Source of the DNA: an uncultured Nitrosopumilales archaeon
GTDB lineage: Archaea; Thermoproteota; Nitrososphaeria; Nitrososphaerales; Gagatemarchaeaceae
DNA length: 32,000 bases
NCBI GenBank assembly: GCA_964568185.1
Contig: CAZMON010000001.1
Coordinates: forward strand, 690,861-722,860
Reading direction: 5' to 3'
The notes below the pieces were generated by a model. It saw only the letters and a program-made list of their open reading frames with translations. It had not been told where the DNA came from and ran no database searches. This document shows positions 1 to 8,559 of the stretch, piece by piece. Each line of letters opens with the position of its first letter. The stretch's first letter is position 1. Made by a program: the position numbers and the translations under genes.

Positions 1-1
1 C

Positions 2-727
2 TCAAAGGCGAAAGCAGCCATCGAAAAGTGGTTCGGTCGACTCCCAATTGCCGATTGTGAAGTCGTCCGGATGGGGGCACATGAAGAGAAGCATTCGACG
101 ATAGCCTACTACCGTCAACCCGCGACCGACGGGTCAAGACCTGGCCGATATTACATCAATACCTATGCTCCCGAGACGAGGCCGCGCTATGAGGCCGAAG
201 TACTGGCGTATCACGAATCGATCCCGGGGCACCACCTGCAGATCGCCATCGCCCAGGAACTGGAAGGGATACCCGAGTTCCGTAAGAACAGCGGGGTCAC
301 GGCCTTCATCGAAGGATGGGCGCTGTATACAGAGAGGTTGTCCGACGAGATGGGGCTGTATACTTCAGACCTGGACAGGATCGGGGTGCTGTCCTACGAC
401 TCCTGGCGGGCGTGCCGCCTAGTTGTCGACACCGGGATGCATGCAATGCGCTGGACACGCGCCGATGCGATTAACTTCATGATGGAGAACACCGCCCTCG
501 CCGAGAACAACATTGTAAACGAAGTTGACAGGTACATCACATGGCCGGGACAAGCCCTGGCCTACAAGACCGGCCAATTGGAAATCCTTCGACTCAGGCA
601 ACTGGCCAGAGAGCACCTTGGGGGAAAATTCGACATTCGCAAGTTCCACGATGCGGTCCTCAGCAGTGGGGCCATCCCACTTGAAGCCCTTCGCCAAATA
701 ATCGAACAGCACTCAAACCGACCGTAG
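2..727 (+). CDS. DUF885 family protein, C-terminal part (gene continues upstream of the window)
   Basis: The frame is open from nt 2 with no stop, so the ATG at 71 is probably internal. Motifs YHESIPGHHLQ, EGWALYTE and VDRYITWPGQALAYKTG are typical of DUF885. Confidence 0.8.
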   Translation, partial: SKAKAAIEKWFGRLPIADCEVVRMGAHEEKHSTIAYYRQPATDGSRPGRYYINTYAPETRPRYEAEVLAYHESIPGHHLQIAIAQELEGIPEFRKNSGVTAFIEGWALYTERLSDEMGLYTSDLDRIGVLSYDSWRACRLVVDTGMHAMRWTRADAINFMMENTALAENNIVNEVDRYITWPGQALAYKTGQLEILRLRQLAREHLGGKFDIRKFHDAVLSSGAIPLEALRQIIEQHSNRP

Positions 728-902
728 AAAGGGAGCCTGCGGTCTATCAGCTAGGCCCGCCCGACATGAGGAGATCTAAATCAACGAACCCTAAAATGGG
801 GTCTGGACCTACTCAATTTAGAGAGAACTCCATCAAGACTTGCAAATAGTGTTTTTATCGGGACCCTCCGATGCCAGTTCGAACACCTTGGGACCAGAAG
901 CA

Positions 903-1172
903 ATGCTGAATACCCTCGACGCTGTGCTAATCATCGGAGTCGGCATTCCATGCCTAGTAATGGCATTGAGAGTGAAGCAGCCCAAGCTCCGACTCCTAAC
1001 CGCACTCCTATCCATCTTCCTTCTTGTCCACGGGTCATATCACGGACTGGCCGCCCTAGGGACCACAGGCGGGTTTGACGCCGTAGGTCAACTATCCGAC
1101 CTCATTGTCGAACCTGTCGGATGGGCGATCTTCCTCGTCTTCGCATTCTACCTCTGGAGGTACAGTGGTTAG
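903..1172 (+). CDS. small hydrophobic membrane protein (hypothetical)
   Basis: The ORF has 2-3 predicted TM helices. The ATG at 903 is preferred over the TTG at 840. Its stop TAG directly abuts the next ATG (TAGATG at 1170-1175). Confidence 0.4.
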   Translation: MLNTLDAVLIIGVGIPCLVMALRVKQPKLRLLTALLSIFLLVHGSYHGLAALGTTGGFDAVGQLSDLIVEPVGWAIFLVFAFYLWRYSG

Positions 1173-1793
1173 ATGCTCGAAATCAGTTACGCGGCGGAGT
1201 CCGGGCCCGGAGTCGTGTCGGAGATTGTCTCCCTGCTCCTGATCATTGGCTCATTTCTCATTATCGTGTACCTCAATGCCAAGCTCCGGAGGGTACGGAC
1301 CTTCCAGTTCGAGATACTGGCGTTCTCAGTCGTGCTCGCGGCCGCCGAGGTCCCGAGAACCCTGTACTCGCTCGGTGTCATAGACATCGACGCACTTTCC
1401 ACCGTCGGTCTGGGAATTCACTCTGTCTCGATGACTATCCTGTCGTTCTTCGTTGCCTATAGGATCTACGGATTCTTCAAGGGCGTCTCGATTACCGGGC
1501 TCAAAGGCAGCTATGAGGAGCTTGTCCAAAAGTCCGTCGACACTGTCATGGTCCGCATATTCGGGGAGAACGTGGCCAGGGCCGTTGATTTTTACGTTGA
1601 CAGGAGTATTGCTCTCTCTGACCCAGCCAGCTACGAGCGTGCGCTAGGGAAGATGTTCGGGGACGGTTCCAAGATCTTGAAGGACGCAATAATGGACTCC
1701 GTGTCGCAGGGAGCCAACCTCGACAAGACCAGCGTGAGTTCGTTCGAGCAGTGCTGGGCGGCGGCGAAGTTGAAGCTGTCCGTAAAAATCTAG
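1173..1793 (+). CDS. membrane protein with soluble C-terminal domain (hypothetical)
   Basis: 206-aa ORF with three N-terminal hydrophobic helices followed by a roughly 100-aa polar domain. I recognise no family. Confidence 0.55.
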   Translation: MLEISYAAESGPGVVSEIVSLLLIIGSFLIIVYLNAKLRRVRTFQFEILAFSVVLAAAEVPRTLYSLGVIDIDALSTVGLGIHSVSMTILSFFVAYRIYGFFKGVSITGLKGSYEELVQKSVDTVMVRIFGENVARAVDFYVDRSIALSDPASYERALGKMFGDGSKILKDAIMDSVSQGANLDKTSVSSFEQCWAAAKLKLSVKI

Positions 1794-1827
1794 GTGCCGG
1801 TCGACCAGTCAGACCTAATGTGGTTGC

Positions 1828-2066
1828 CTAGCTCTCGCCAAAGCGGAAGCGAAGTTTCACGCAGATTTCTGCGAAGACGTCAACCCCTGCCTCAAGTCGC
1901 GGGCTCAGGAAATACATGGCTGCGTATCTTTCCCCTGCGGTCACTATGAGGGAGTTGCTTCTGAGCACGTTGGCATGGTGCATGATCGTCCGGTAGTCGA
2001 CCCCCCAGGGCCTCCGCAAGGTTCAGAAATCCTGTCCCGTAGGAAAATCAAGGTTCTGCGTTGCAT
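1828..2066 (-). pseudogene. frameshifted small winged-helix (ArsR-like) transcription regulator
   Basis: Three consecutive minus-strand frames read MQRRTLIFLRDR / FLNLAEALG / VDYRTIMHHANVLRSNSLIVTAGERYAAMYFLSP, which is the usual wHTH pattern. One shift sits at the C6/G6 run at 2001-2006. Confidence 0.4.
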
Positions 2067-2220
2067 CGAACGCCTATTCCGTGGGGAACTTTCAACCCTA
2101 CTTTCAGGGTACCTCAAGCTGGAGAACGTCTATGGGGTCGGGATATTTCTCCCCCCCTCGAATCTGACAAGTATCTTCCTCCCCAGAGAATTCTCCGGTT
2201 CGTGAAGCGTTCAGATGTAG

Positions 2221-2243
2221 CCATGGAAAGCCACTTTCCATGG
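2221..2243. repeat. perfect 10-bp inverted repeat with 3-nt loop (CCATGGAAAG cca CTTTCCATGG)
   Basis: Read directly from the sequence. It lies in a non-coding tract about 105 nt downstream of the phosphatase gene. Confidence 0.6.
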
Positions 2244-2347
2244 AACAGGCTTGGAGACCACTTCCTCGCCGTGTATTCTCCATTGAGCAACTCGAGCGAT
2301 CTCTACGGGTCGAGCTGGCAAAGTATAGGCGATGAGACAGGGCGACT

Positions 2348-2851
2348 TCAGGTTGCCTTCTCATCCGACTTGGAGAATCTATGAAGGGATTCTTCCTGCG
2401 ACGGTTCGACGAAGGCAGGTTTGATTTCTCTTAGAATCTTCATCACCTCGTCCGCCGTCAACCCCCTCGTTCTGATCATATAGGCTCCCAGGACGCAACC
2501 TGTCCTTCCTTCTCCTGCCAGACAATGGACCACCACCCTCCTCCCTGATTTGAGCTCCTCGATCAGATATTCAGAGGCTCTCTCGAGACTCTCCAAGTCA
2601 GGAGCCGCGTGATCCTTCATTGGAAGATGTTTGATTCGGACTTCCGTCCCTAGGGTGAATTGTTCCGGTAAGGGGCTTTCCGTGAGGGTGAGTATGCTGT
2701 ATATCCCATGCGCCACGAGCCACTGGACCTGTCCTTTGGAGGCTGGATATCCAGACGCTGCAAGAGCATCTTTCTCGACCCAGACGAAGCCAGTCGGCTC
2801 TTCGGAAATCTTGGCCCTGGCCTTTCTCAGAAAAAGTCCTCCTCTACCCAT
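2348..2851 (-). CDS. dual-specificity / protein-tyrosine phosphatase (CX5R family)
   Basis: Active-site signature VVVHCLAGEGRTGCV (HCxxGxxRT). The size (167 aa) is typical of archaeal PTPs. Confidence 0.85.
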   Translation of the reverse strand: MGRGGLFLRKARAKISEEPTGFVWVEKDALAASGYPASKGQVQWLVAHGIYSILTLTESPLPEQFTLGTEVRIKHLPMKDHAAPDLESLERASEYLIEELKSGRRVVVHCLAGEGRTGCVLGAYMIRTRGLTADEVMKILREIKPAFVEPSQEESLHRFSKSDEKAT

Positions 2852-2890
2852 TGAACTGTCCCCACACTTGCTTGGGTCGACGCGTTGATT

Positions 2891-3181
2891 TCAGCTTGAG
2901 AGGACTTCTAACTTGCCGTACTTTCCAACGTTCAAACTGACCGCGCCTCTGAAGCTCTTGGTGTAACCGTTAGTTATTTTGACCTTGGAGCCTCGTTTCA
3001 CCATTTCGATGTGTTCATTCCACAGCGAGAGCTTGATCTCCCCGCTTTCGTCTTTCAAAGTGCACTCCGTTACTCTTCCTTCTCCCCCTGACCAGGTCAC
3101 GTTACGCGGCTCGGAAATCTCTGAAATCTCGCCCTCGACGTCGATAGTTCGCATTCCATCCCTAAGATCTTTGATATTCAT
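2891..3181 (-). CDS. OB-fold nucleic-acid-binding protein
   Basis: 96 aa. The pattern IDVEGEI...VTECTLKDESGEIKLSLWNE...KVKITNGY is typical of single-OB anticodon-binding/SSB-like proteins. Confidence 0.75.
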   Translation of the reverse strand: MNIKDLRDGMRTIDVEGEISEISEPRNVTWSGGEGRVTECTLKDESGEIKLSLWNEHIEMVKRGSKVKITNGYTKSFRGAVSLNVGKYGKLEVLSS

Positions 3182-3207
3182 CTGTCTCTACTGGTCGATT
3201 CGTGGCC

Positions 3208-3215
3208 ATATTTAA
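3208..3215 (-). promoter_or_regulatory. TATA-like box (TTAAATAT on minus strand) for the OB-fold gene
   Basis: AT-rich octamer centred about 30 nt upstream of the ATG at 3181. This suggests a leaderless or short-leader mRNA. Confidence 0.3.
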
Positions 3216-3279
3216 CATTGAAGCGGTCTTTCAGCGGGTAGAAACCGTTTAATCGGAAACGCCTTGCGCCTCGACAACG

Positions 3280-4314
3280 TTGCTTCCGAGCCCAGCCGAT
3301 GCCGCCTTGCTGACTCTATCGTTCTTGGTCCCTTTGGGAGTCGTCCTTTTGCTGATGCGTCCCTACCTCGGATTCTTGGTAAGAAGAGGCAAGGTATCAG
3401 ATGACCTTCACAAGACTCCCCCCACGAAGGTCCCCGAGCCTGTGGGTCCTCTCCTTTTCCTTTCTGCCATAGCTGGAGAAGTGGTGGCCTATCTGGCATT
3501 CGGTTCACTGGTGCCGATCGCCTTGATAGGTGCGACTTCAATTGCGTTCGTGGTCGGGCTCACCGACGACCTCTATGTCCTCGGCGCTAAGACGAAGCCG
3601 CTCGCACTCCTACTCGCGGGTCTCCCCCTGGTCGTCCTCGTCATGTTCCAGTCGGACATCTACGTGCCGAGTCTCGCCTTTCCTATTTTTGGGATGACCA
3701 GCGAGCACTTCACGACATACACCTTGCTGGCGGTGGTGGCGTTCCCGGTTGTTGCCAACGCCTTCAACATGATGGACGCCTTCAATGGTGAGATGTCAGG
3801 TTTCTCTCTGATGACCTCAGCTGCCCTCGTTTTCGGTGTCGTTCTCCATACCCTGATCACCGGGGGATATTCATTCGTCCACTTGGCATCCGCTCTTCCG
3901 CTCGTGGCTGTATCCGCCGGATTCTTTGTGTTCAACAGGTACCCTTCAAGGGCCTTCGACGGTGACAGCGGGAGCCTTATGCTCGGCGCGATGTTCGCGG
4001 GGCTAGCGATAACAGCGGGTGTGGAGATCGCTGCCATCGTGGCAATAATGCCAGCAATACTCAACTCATTCTACATCCTATCGAGCGTACGCGGGCTGGT
4101 TGAGCGAAGAAAAATGGAGGGAAGGCCCATTTTCATCGGCGAAGACGGCCTCCTGCATGCCTCTGAGCAAAAGTCTTCCCCTGCCACACTTGTCAGGATG
4201 ATCCTTCTCGGGGGGCCCATGTCCGAAAGGAGCCTCGTAAGGTCGGTCCTGATCCTTACGGCGGTCGCGTGCGCTCTTTCCGGAATAACCTCAGTCTTGA
4301 CGTGGGTGTTCTAG
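3280..4314 (+). CDS. glycosyltransferase family 4 (MraY/WecA/Alg7-type) dolichyl-phosphate HexNAc-1-phosphate transferase, AglH-like
   Basis: Polytopic membrane protein with the family motifs GLTDDL, NAFNMMDAFNG and FDGDSGSLMLG. TTG start. Confidence 0.85.
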   Translation: MLPSPADAALLTLSFLVPLGVVLLLMRPYLGFLVRRGKVSDDLHKTPPTKVPEPVGPLLFLSAIAGEVVAYLAFGSLVPIALIGATSIAFVVGLTDDLYVLGAKTKPLALLLAGLPLVVLVMFQSDIYVPSLAFPIFGMTSEHFTTYTLLAVVAFPVVANAFNMMDAFNGEMSGFSLMTSAALVFGVVLHTLITGGYSFVHLASALPLVAVSAGFFVFNRYPSRAFDGDSGSLMLGAMFAGLAITAGVEIAAIVAIMPAILNSFYILSSVRGLVERRKMEGRPIFIGEDGLLHASEQKSSPATLVRMILLGGPMSERSLVRSVLILTAVACALSGITSVLTWVF

Positions 4315-4315
4315 A

Positions 4316-4570
4316 ATGAAACTTCTTCCCATCATCTTTATTCTATTGGTCGCCTGGCTTCTAATGATCGCCGAGGTCTACTTCTTCTTCAACGTTATAC
4401 TCGTCTTCACCCCCCCAGTCTCTGAACTGGGACGCCTCACTCTCCTTGCCCTGCTGAAGGTTGGTCTGACTGTCGGCCTAGGGCTACTCTGGTTCCTTGT
4501 AATGCAGGGTCTTGCGGAGCTCTACACTTCTTCGCGGCTCAAGAGTCGGACTCCCAGGCCTTCATCTTAG
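4316..4570 (+). CDS. small membrane protein (hypothetical)
   Basis: The ATG lies 1 nt after the GT4 stop. Two hydrophobic helices. The 3' end overlaps the convergent acetyltransferase gene. Confidence 0.45.
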   Translation: MKLLPIIFILLVAWLLMIAEVYFFFNVILVFTPPVSELGRLTLLALLKVGLTVGLGLLWFLVMQGLAELYTSSRLKSRTPRPSS

Positions 4571-5021
4571 CGTCATACTCCTTCCTGGTGTAGACGACCC
4601 TCGCGGGAACTCCCATGACCACCTTCCCGGCTGGCACGTCCTTGGTCACCACCGCCCCCATCGCCACAACAGACCCGCGGCCGACCCTAACCCCTGCCCT
4701 GATCACGGCCCGGGCCCCTATGACCGCGTTGTCCTCGATCACCACCCCAACCATCCTCTTGCTGGGAGGGTACAGGTCGTTGGTCAGGACTGCCGCCGGT
4801 CCGATGAACACGTTCTTCCCAATCCTGGATAGCGGGGGGATGTACACGCTCCCCTCAATCTTCGTCCCGCTCCCGATGCGGACATCGTAGTCCACGTGGG
4901 CAAGAGACCCGATCTTGACGTTGTCCCCAATGACCGTCTTGGAGCCCACGTAAGAGAAATTCCAGATCTTGACGTTCTTTCCCAGCTTTGCGTCTGACGC
5001 CACGTAGTTCGTAGGATTCAA
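4539..5021 (-). CDS. left-handed beta-helix (hexapeptide repeat) N-acetyltransferase, WbpD-like
   Basis: Repeated [LIV]-G-x4 hexapeptides (VKIGSLAHV, VRIGSGTKI, AVIGARAVI, VRVGRGSVV). It ends in a DVP..K...G.PA tail. Confidence 0.85.
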   Translation of the reverse strand: MNPTNYVASDAKLGKNVKIWNFSYVGSKTVIGDNVKIGSLAHVDYDVRIGSGTKIEGSVYIPPLSRIGKNVFIGPAAVLTNDLYPPSKRMVGVVIEDNAVIGARAVIRAGVRVGRGSVVAMGAVVTKDVPAGKVVMGVPARVVYTRKEYDAKMKAWESDS

Positions 5022-5025
5022 TCTC

Positions 5026-5958
5026 TCAGCTCAGGTATATCGGGGTCCCCGTGGAACTCGATGCGAGGACCGCTTCAGCTATCCTGGTTGTCCTCATCCC
5101 ATCTTCCCCTGTCACCATCGGGCTCCTCTTCTCTTCAACGGCAGTGACGAATTCCTTCAGCTCCAACATCAACGGCTCCTGGAAGGGCTTGGTCGGGACG
5201 GTGGTCAGGTTCCCTTCGTGCATGCTGATTTTCTGCGTTACAAAATCGACGTCAATCACCCCGCCCGAGAAAACAGCGGTCAGGGTGCGGACCCTGTTCG
5301 GGGTGACCCAGTTAGTCACCAAGAACGCAGTCTTGCGCCCGGAGAAACCCATCACGATCGCGGCAAAGTCCTCGTGCTCCGACTGGACCGCCCCGACCCT
5401 CGCATAAACAACCTTCGGCTCCTCAGAGAAGAGCCACCGGGCGGTGTCGATGTCATGCACCGATGCGTCCTTGACGATCCCGACGTCGGCGATGTTCTGG
5501 CCCCTTCTGTTCTCCCTATGAAATTCCAACAGAATCAGCTCCCCCATCTTCTTGTCGGCAATGGTCTTCTTCAGCTCGGCAATGGGCGGATTGAACCTTT
5601 CGATGAACCCGACAGTAAGTATCCTGTTCGCGGCTTTCGCAGCCTGAACGAGTCTCTCTCCATCAGACGACGTAGTGGTCATGGGCTTCTCGACGAAGGT
5701 GTGCAGTCCGGCCTTCAGGGTCTGTGTTGCGATTGAGAAGTGAGTTGAGGCAGGGGTGCAGATCGTCACCGCATCGAGCTTTTCGTTTGCCAACATCTCG
5801 TCCAGGGAACTGTACCCCTGGACCCGGTAGTTCTTCGTGTAGAACTCCCTTCGCTCCTTGTCGAGGTCGCAGATGGCCACGAGGCACCCGAGCTCGCTGA
5901 GTACCCTGACGTGATTTTTTCCCCACCCGCCGGTCCCTACGATCCCTACCCTGATCAT
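5026..5958 (-). CDS. Gfo/Idh/MocA family NAD(P) oxidoreductase, WbpB-like
   Basis: N-terminal IRVGIVGTGGWG Rossmann motif and the EKP motif (FVEKPM). It lies 4 nt upstream of the acetyltransferase. Confidence 0.9.
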   Translation of the reverse strand: MIRVGIVGTGGWGKNHVRVLSELGCLVAICDLDKERREFYTKNYRVQGYSSLDEMLANEKLDAVTICTPASTHFSIATQTLKAGLHTFVEKPMTTTSSDGERLVQAAKAANRILTVGFIERFNPPIAELKKTIADKKMGELILLEFHRENRRGQNIADVGIVKDASVHDIDTARWLFSEEPKVVYARVGAVQSEHEDFAAIVMGFSGRKTAFLVTNWVTPNRVRTLTAVFSGGVIDVDFVTQKISMHEGNLTTVPTKPFQEPLMLELKEFVTAVEEKRSPMVTGEDGMRTTRIAEAVLASSSTGTPIYLS

Positions 5959-6002
5959 CCTTCTACGTCGCCCTTCCTGAAGTCATTTAGCATTATGGGG
6001 GA

Positions 6003-7133
6003 TCATTCTCTTGTCAGGCTCGGAGTGGCATGCACGGTCGTGACCTCGAGGCTTCGTCGGTTCTTTCTCGCCTGCTTCAACGGTTCGTAGTCCTCCTTGG
6101 AACAAGCGATGAGGACGTTGTGTTTCAGAGGGTCAAGGAAATCTGAACCCCCTTTGACTTTCGAGCCCGGAATGAGTTCTACGTCGGTCACATAGTCCCG
6201 GAGTCTTTGTTGGATGCTCTCGGCGAGCTGCAGCCGCTCACCCCGCATTTCGTACCGGTCGAGGGTCCAGAGGAGTCCGATCTTGGTCCTGCTTGCCTTC
6301 AGCTCCTTCTCCTTCAACACTTCACGGGTCTCGTCTACTACATAGCGGACGTAATTCTCCAGGCTCTTGAGAGTAGCGCCCGCCAGGTACGAGATCGATT
6401 CGCCCGTTTCTTCACTTGCCTGGATCGCCTTGAGCTCGAAGAGGTACTTCGCGAATTCGTCGATGTATGTCTCCGACGCCTTGTGAAGGATAACATTGGC
6501 TTCCCTGGCCCTCCTCGCCAGCTCGATCTCTGTCACCGCGGTCAGCACCGATCCAAGCACCGAAGAAGCGTACTCGAGCTCGGCCGAAAACACATTCTGG
6601 GAATTCGGGCTGAACCCGAGCTGCTGCAGCGCCTGCTTCTCCCCGCCACCCGTGACCGCGACAACGAACGGTTTCTGCTCACGTGGTCTAAGCGGCATGT
6701 AGGCATAGGTGAGACTCTCCCCCACCCTGAGACCGGTCTGCTTCTCCACCATCATTATGTTCTCCGAGTTGCCCCCGGGGCCTGTAGGAAGTGTATTCAC
6801 CAGGGAGACCCCCTTGGAGAGGTAACGGGAAAGTTCCCTGAGCTTGGACCCGGCCTCGATCAGGGTCTCGTCCGAGGGTCTGCGGAGCTTCGGGGTGAAG
6901 AAAACGACCTGCGCCTCCTCAAGGACCTGACCCAGGGGCTTGAGGCTCAGGAGCGGCTCTTGGCTCATCATCTCTTGCAGGTTCGGGTTCTTCTTCAGAA
7001 AAGGACCGTCTAGTTCCAGCGCCATCTGAAGTGTCTCGTCCACAATCGTCACCTGAGACCTGTCGACGATTTCGGCAGCCATCCTGTAACCTTCGCTCGT
7101 AAGTCCATACATGGCTACCTTTAGTTTGGGCAA
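6003..7133 (-). CDS. nucleotide-sugar dehydrogenase-like protein with degenerate NAD motif
   Basis: The domain order and local patterns parallel UDP-glucose/ManNAc dehydrogenases: VVFFTPKL..., SLVNTLPTGPGG, YAYMPLRP. The GxGxxG position reads GLTSEG instead. Confidence 0.6.
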   Translation of the reverse strand: MPKLKVAMYGLTSEGYRMAAEIVDRSQVTIVDETLQMALELDGPFLKKNPNLQEMMSQEPLLSLKPLGQVLEEAQVVFFTPKLRRPSDETLIEAGSKLRELSRYLSKGVSLVNTLPTGPGGNSENIMMVEKQTGLRVGESLTYAYMPLRPREQKPFVVAVTGGGEKQALQQLGFSPNSQNVFSAELEYASSVLGSVLTAVTEIELARRAREANVILHKASETYIDEFAKYLFELKAIQASEETGESISYLAGATLKSLENYVRYVVDETREVLKEKELKASRTKIGLLWTLDRYEMRGERLQLAESIQQRLRDYVTDVELIPGSKVKGGSDFLDPLKHNVLIACSKEDYEPLKQARKNRRSLEVTTVHATPSLTRE

Positions 7134-7312
7134 GAAATCAGACTACGCCGGCTTTTCATCCGATTGTAATTATACTTTGGCAGTTGTTTTCATTGCGAAG
7201 CCGTCTGCGGCGATGGGGTGGCCTGAGTCCCCATTGAAGCCTTCCTCGCGACGAGCCCCATGATCCCACCCAACACGATGTCGAGGTTCACGCAACTCTT
7301 GTATGACATCGG

Positions 7313-7320
7313 TTAAATAA
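7313..7320 (+). promoter_or_regulatory. TATA-like box (TTAAATAA) for the DUF354 gene
   Basis: Centred about 31 nt upstream of the GTG at 7348. Confidence 0.3.
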
Positions 7321-7347
7321 TCACAAAGGGGCTGACCGTCAGACCTG

Positions 7348-8415
7348 GTGTTTGGCTTAACCTCAGGGAGAGTTTGGGCAGACGTTCTGACCCCCAAACA
7401 GGTTCTCTTCTTCAACCCCGTGATCCGCCAGCTGGAGGAGTCTGGCCTCGATGTTTTGGTCACGTCCAGAAGGTACAGGGAAGTAGAGCCGATGGCCGAC
7501 ATGGTTGGCTTGAAGATGCGGTACGTGGGCGAAAGAGGACAGGGGAGGCTCGAGCAGTTGGTCGCGGCGACCCGCAGGCAGGCTGAGCTCATACCGATTG
7601 TGGACAAGTTCCGGCCTCAGGTGTCGCTGTCCCTTGCCTCCGGGGTCTGCGCGAGGGTCTCCTATGGCATGGGGGTAAGACACATCGCTGTGAACGACTC
7701 TCCTCACTCTGAAATCGCAGGCAGGTTGTCGCTTCCCTTCAGTTACCGCCTGATGTGCCCCTGGATCATCCCCTACGGTGCGTGGACAAAGTTCGGCGTC
7801 ACGCGGTCCCAGATAACCCGCTACAAGGCTTTGGACCCGGCGGCCTGGCTGAAGAGAAAGAGGACAGAAGGTCCCGTCCCTAGACTTGCCTCGCGAAAAA
7901 AGACGGTAGTGGTGCGGGTCGAGGAGAGCGACGCACCATACCTGAGGGGCTCGGACCGGCGCTGGGTCGATACCATCTTGGACGGGGTGGCGACGGCTTT
8001 CCCAGACTGCAACCTGGTAGCTCTTTGCCGATACGGTCCTCAGCTGGAAGAAATCAAGGAGAAGCATGGTTCAAGGTACATCGTCCCAGAAGGGGTGGTC
8101 GACGGCCGGAGGCTTCTTTCTATGACAGATCTGTTCATAGGAATGGGGGGGACCATGACCTGCGAAGCGGCCCTTTGCGGGATCCCGGCGATTTCCACCT
8201 TCCAGGGCGCCTTCCTCGTCGAGGACTACCTGAAGTCCGTCGGACTTCTTGGCAAGACCATGGATGTCTCCGCCCTTTTGAGGACTTCCAAGCGGTTCCT
8301 TGCAAGCTCATTCAAAGCCGCGTTCGGCCGGAGGTCGAGGAAGGTCCTCGATTCAATGGAAGACCCGGTCCCGAAGATAGCGGGGCTTGTCATCAACACA
8401 ATCAAACAAGACTAA
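7348..8415 (+). CDS. DUF354 domain protein (GT-B/epimerase-like, archaeal glycan clusters)
   Basis: The N-terminus VWADVLTPKQVLFFNPVIRQLEESGLDVLVTSRRY and the later motif HIAVNDSPHSE follow the DUF354 pattern as I remember it. Confidence 0.8.
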   Translation: MFGLTSGRVWADVLTPKQVLFFNPVIRQLEESGLDVLVTSRRYREVEPMADMVGLKMRYVGERGQGRLEQLVAATRRQAELIPIVDKFRPQVSLSLASGVCARVSYGMGVRHIAVNDSPHSEIAGRLSLPFSYRLMCPWIIPYGAWTKFGVTRSQITRYKALDPAAWLKRKRTEGPVPRLASRKKTVVVRVEESDAPYLRGSDRRWVDTILDGVATAFPDCNLVALCRYGPQLEEIKEKHGSRYIVPEGVVDGRRLLSMTDLFIGMGGTMTCEAALCGIPAISTFQGAFLVEDYLKSVGLLGKTMDVSALLRTSKRFLASSFKAAFGRRSRKVLDSMEDPVPKIAGLVINTIKQD

Positions 8416-8452
8416 ATTACCTTCCCGTCCCGACATGAACTTACAGCGCTGC

Positions 8453-8524
8453 AGCCCGGTGGTGTAGCGGCAAGCATGCTGGCCTTTGGAGCCGGCGACC
8501 CTGGTTCGAATCCAGGCCGGGCTA
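8453..8524 (+). tRNA. tRNA-Gln (anticodon UUG)
   Basis: I folded the cloverleaf by hand. Acceptor AGCCCGG/CCGGGCT, D stem GUGU/GCAU, anticodon stem CUGGC/GCCGG with loop CUUUGGA, T arm CCUGG-UUCGAAU-CCAGG, discriminator A. The A1-U72 pair is typical of archaeal tRNA-Gln. Confidence 0.92.
8507..8524 (+). repeat. att-like core, copy 1 (3' end of tRNA-Gln, CGAATCCAGGCCGGGCTA)
   Basis: An identical 18-mer recurs at 12429-12446, and a degenerate copy at 16421-16435. Confidence 0.65.
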
Positions 8525-8559
8525 CCTTTGATAAGCTCAAAACAAGCTCTGTTCGACCA

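Noticed and set aside
2061-2384. Plus-strand ORFs 1975-2205 and 2061-2384 and minus-strand ORF 2104-2364 in the gap between the wHTH remnant and the phosphatase gene.
   Set aside because: They mutually overlap, show low-complexity or Ser/Arg/Pro-rich composition, and carry no motifs. The region is more simply read as decayed or non-coding sequence.
7170-7607. 145-aa minus-strand ORF spanning the divergent promoter region and the start of the DUF354 gene.
   Set aside because: It overlaps a well-supported gene and the intergenic TATA-like boxes. It has no recognisable family and an odd composition.
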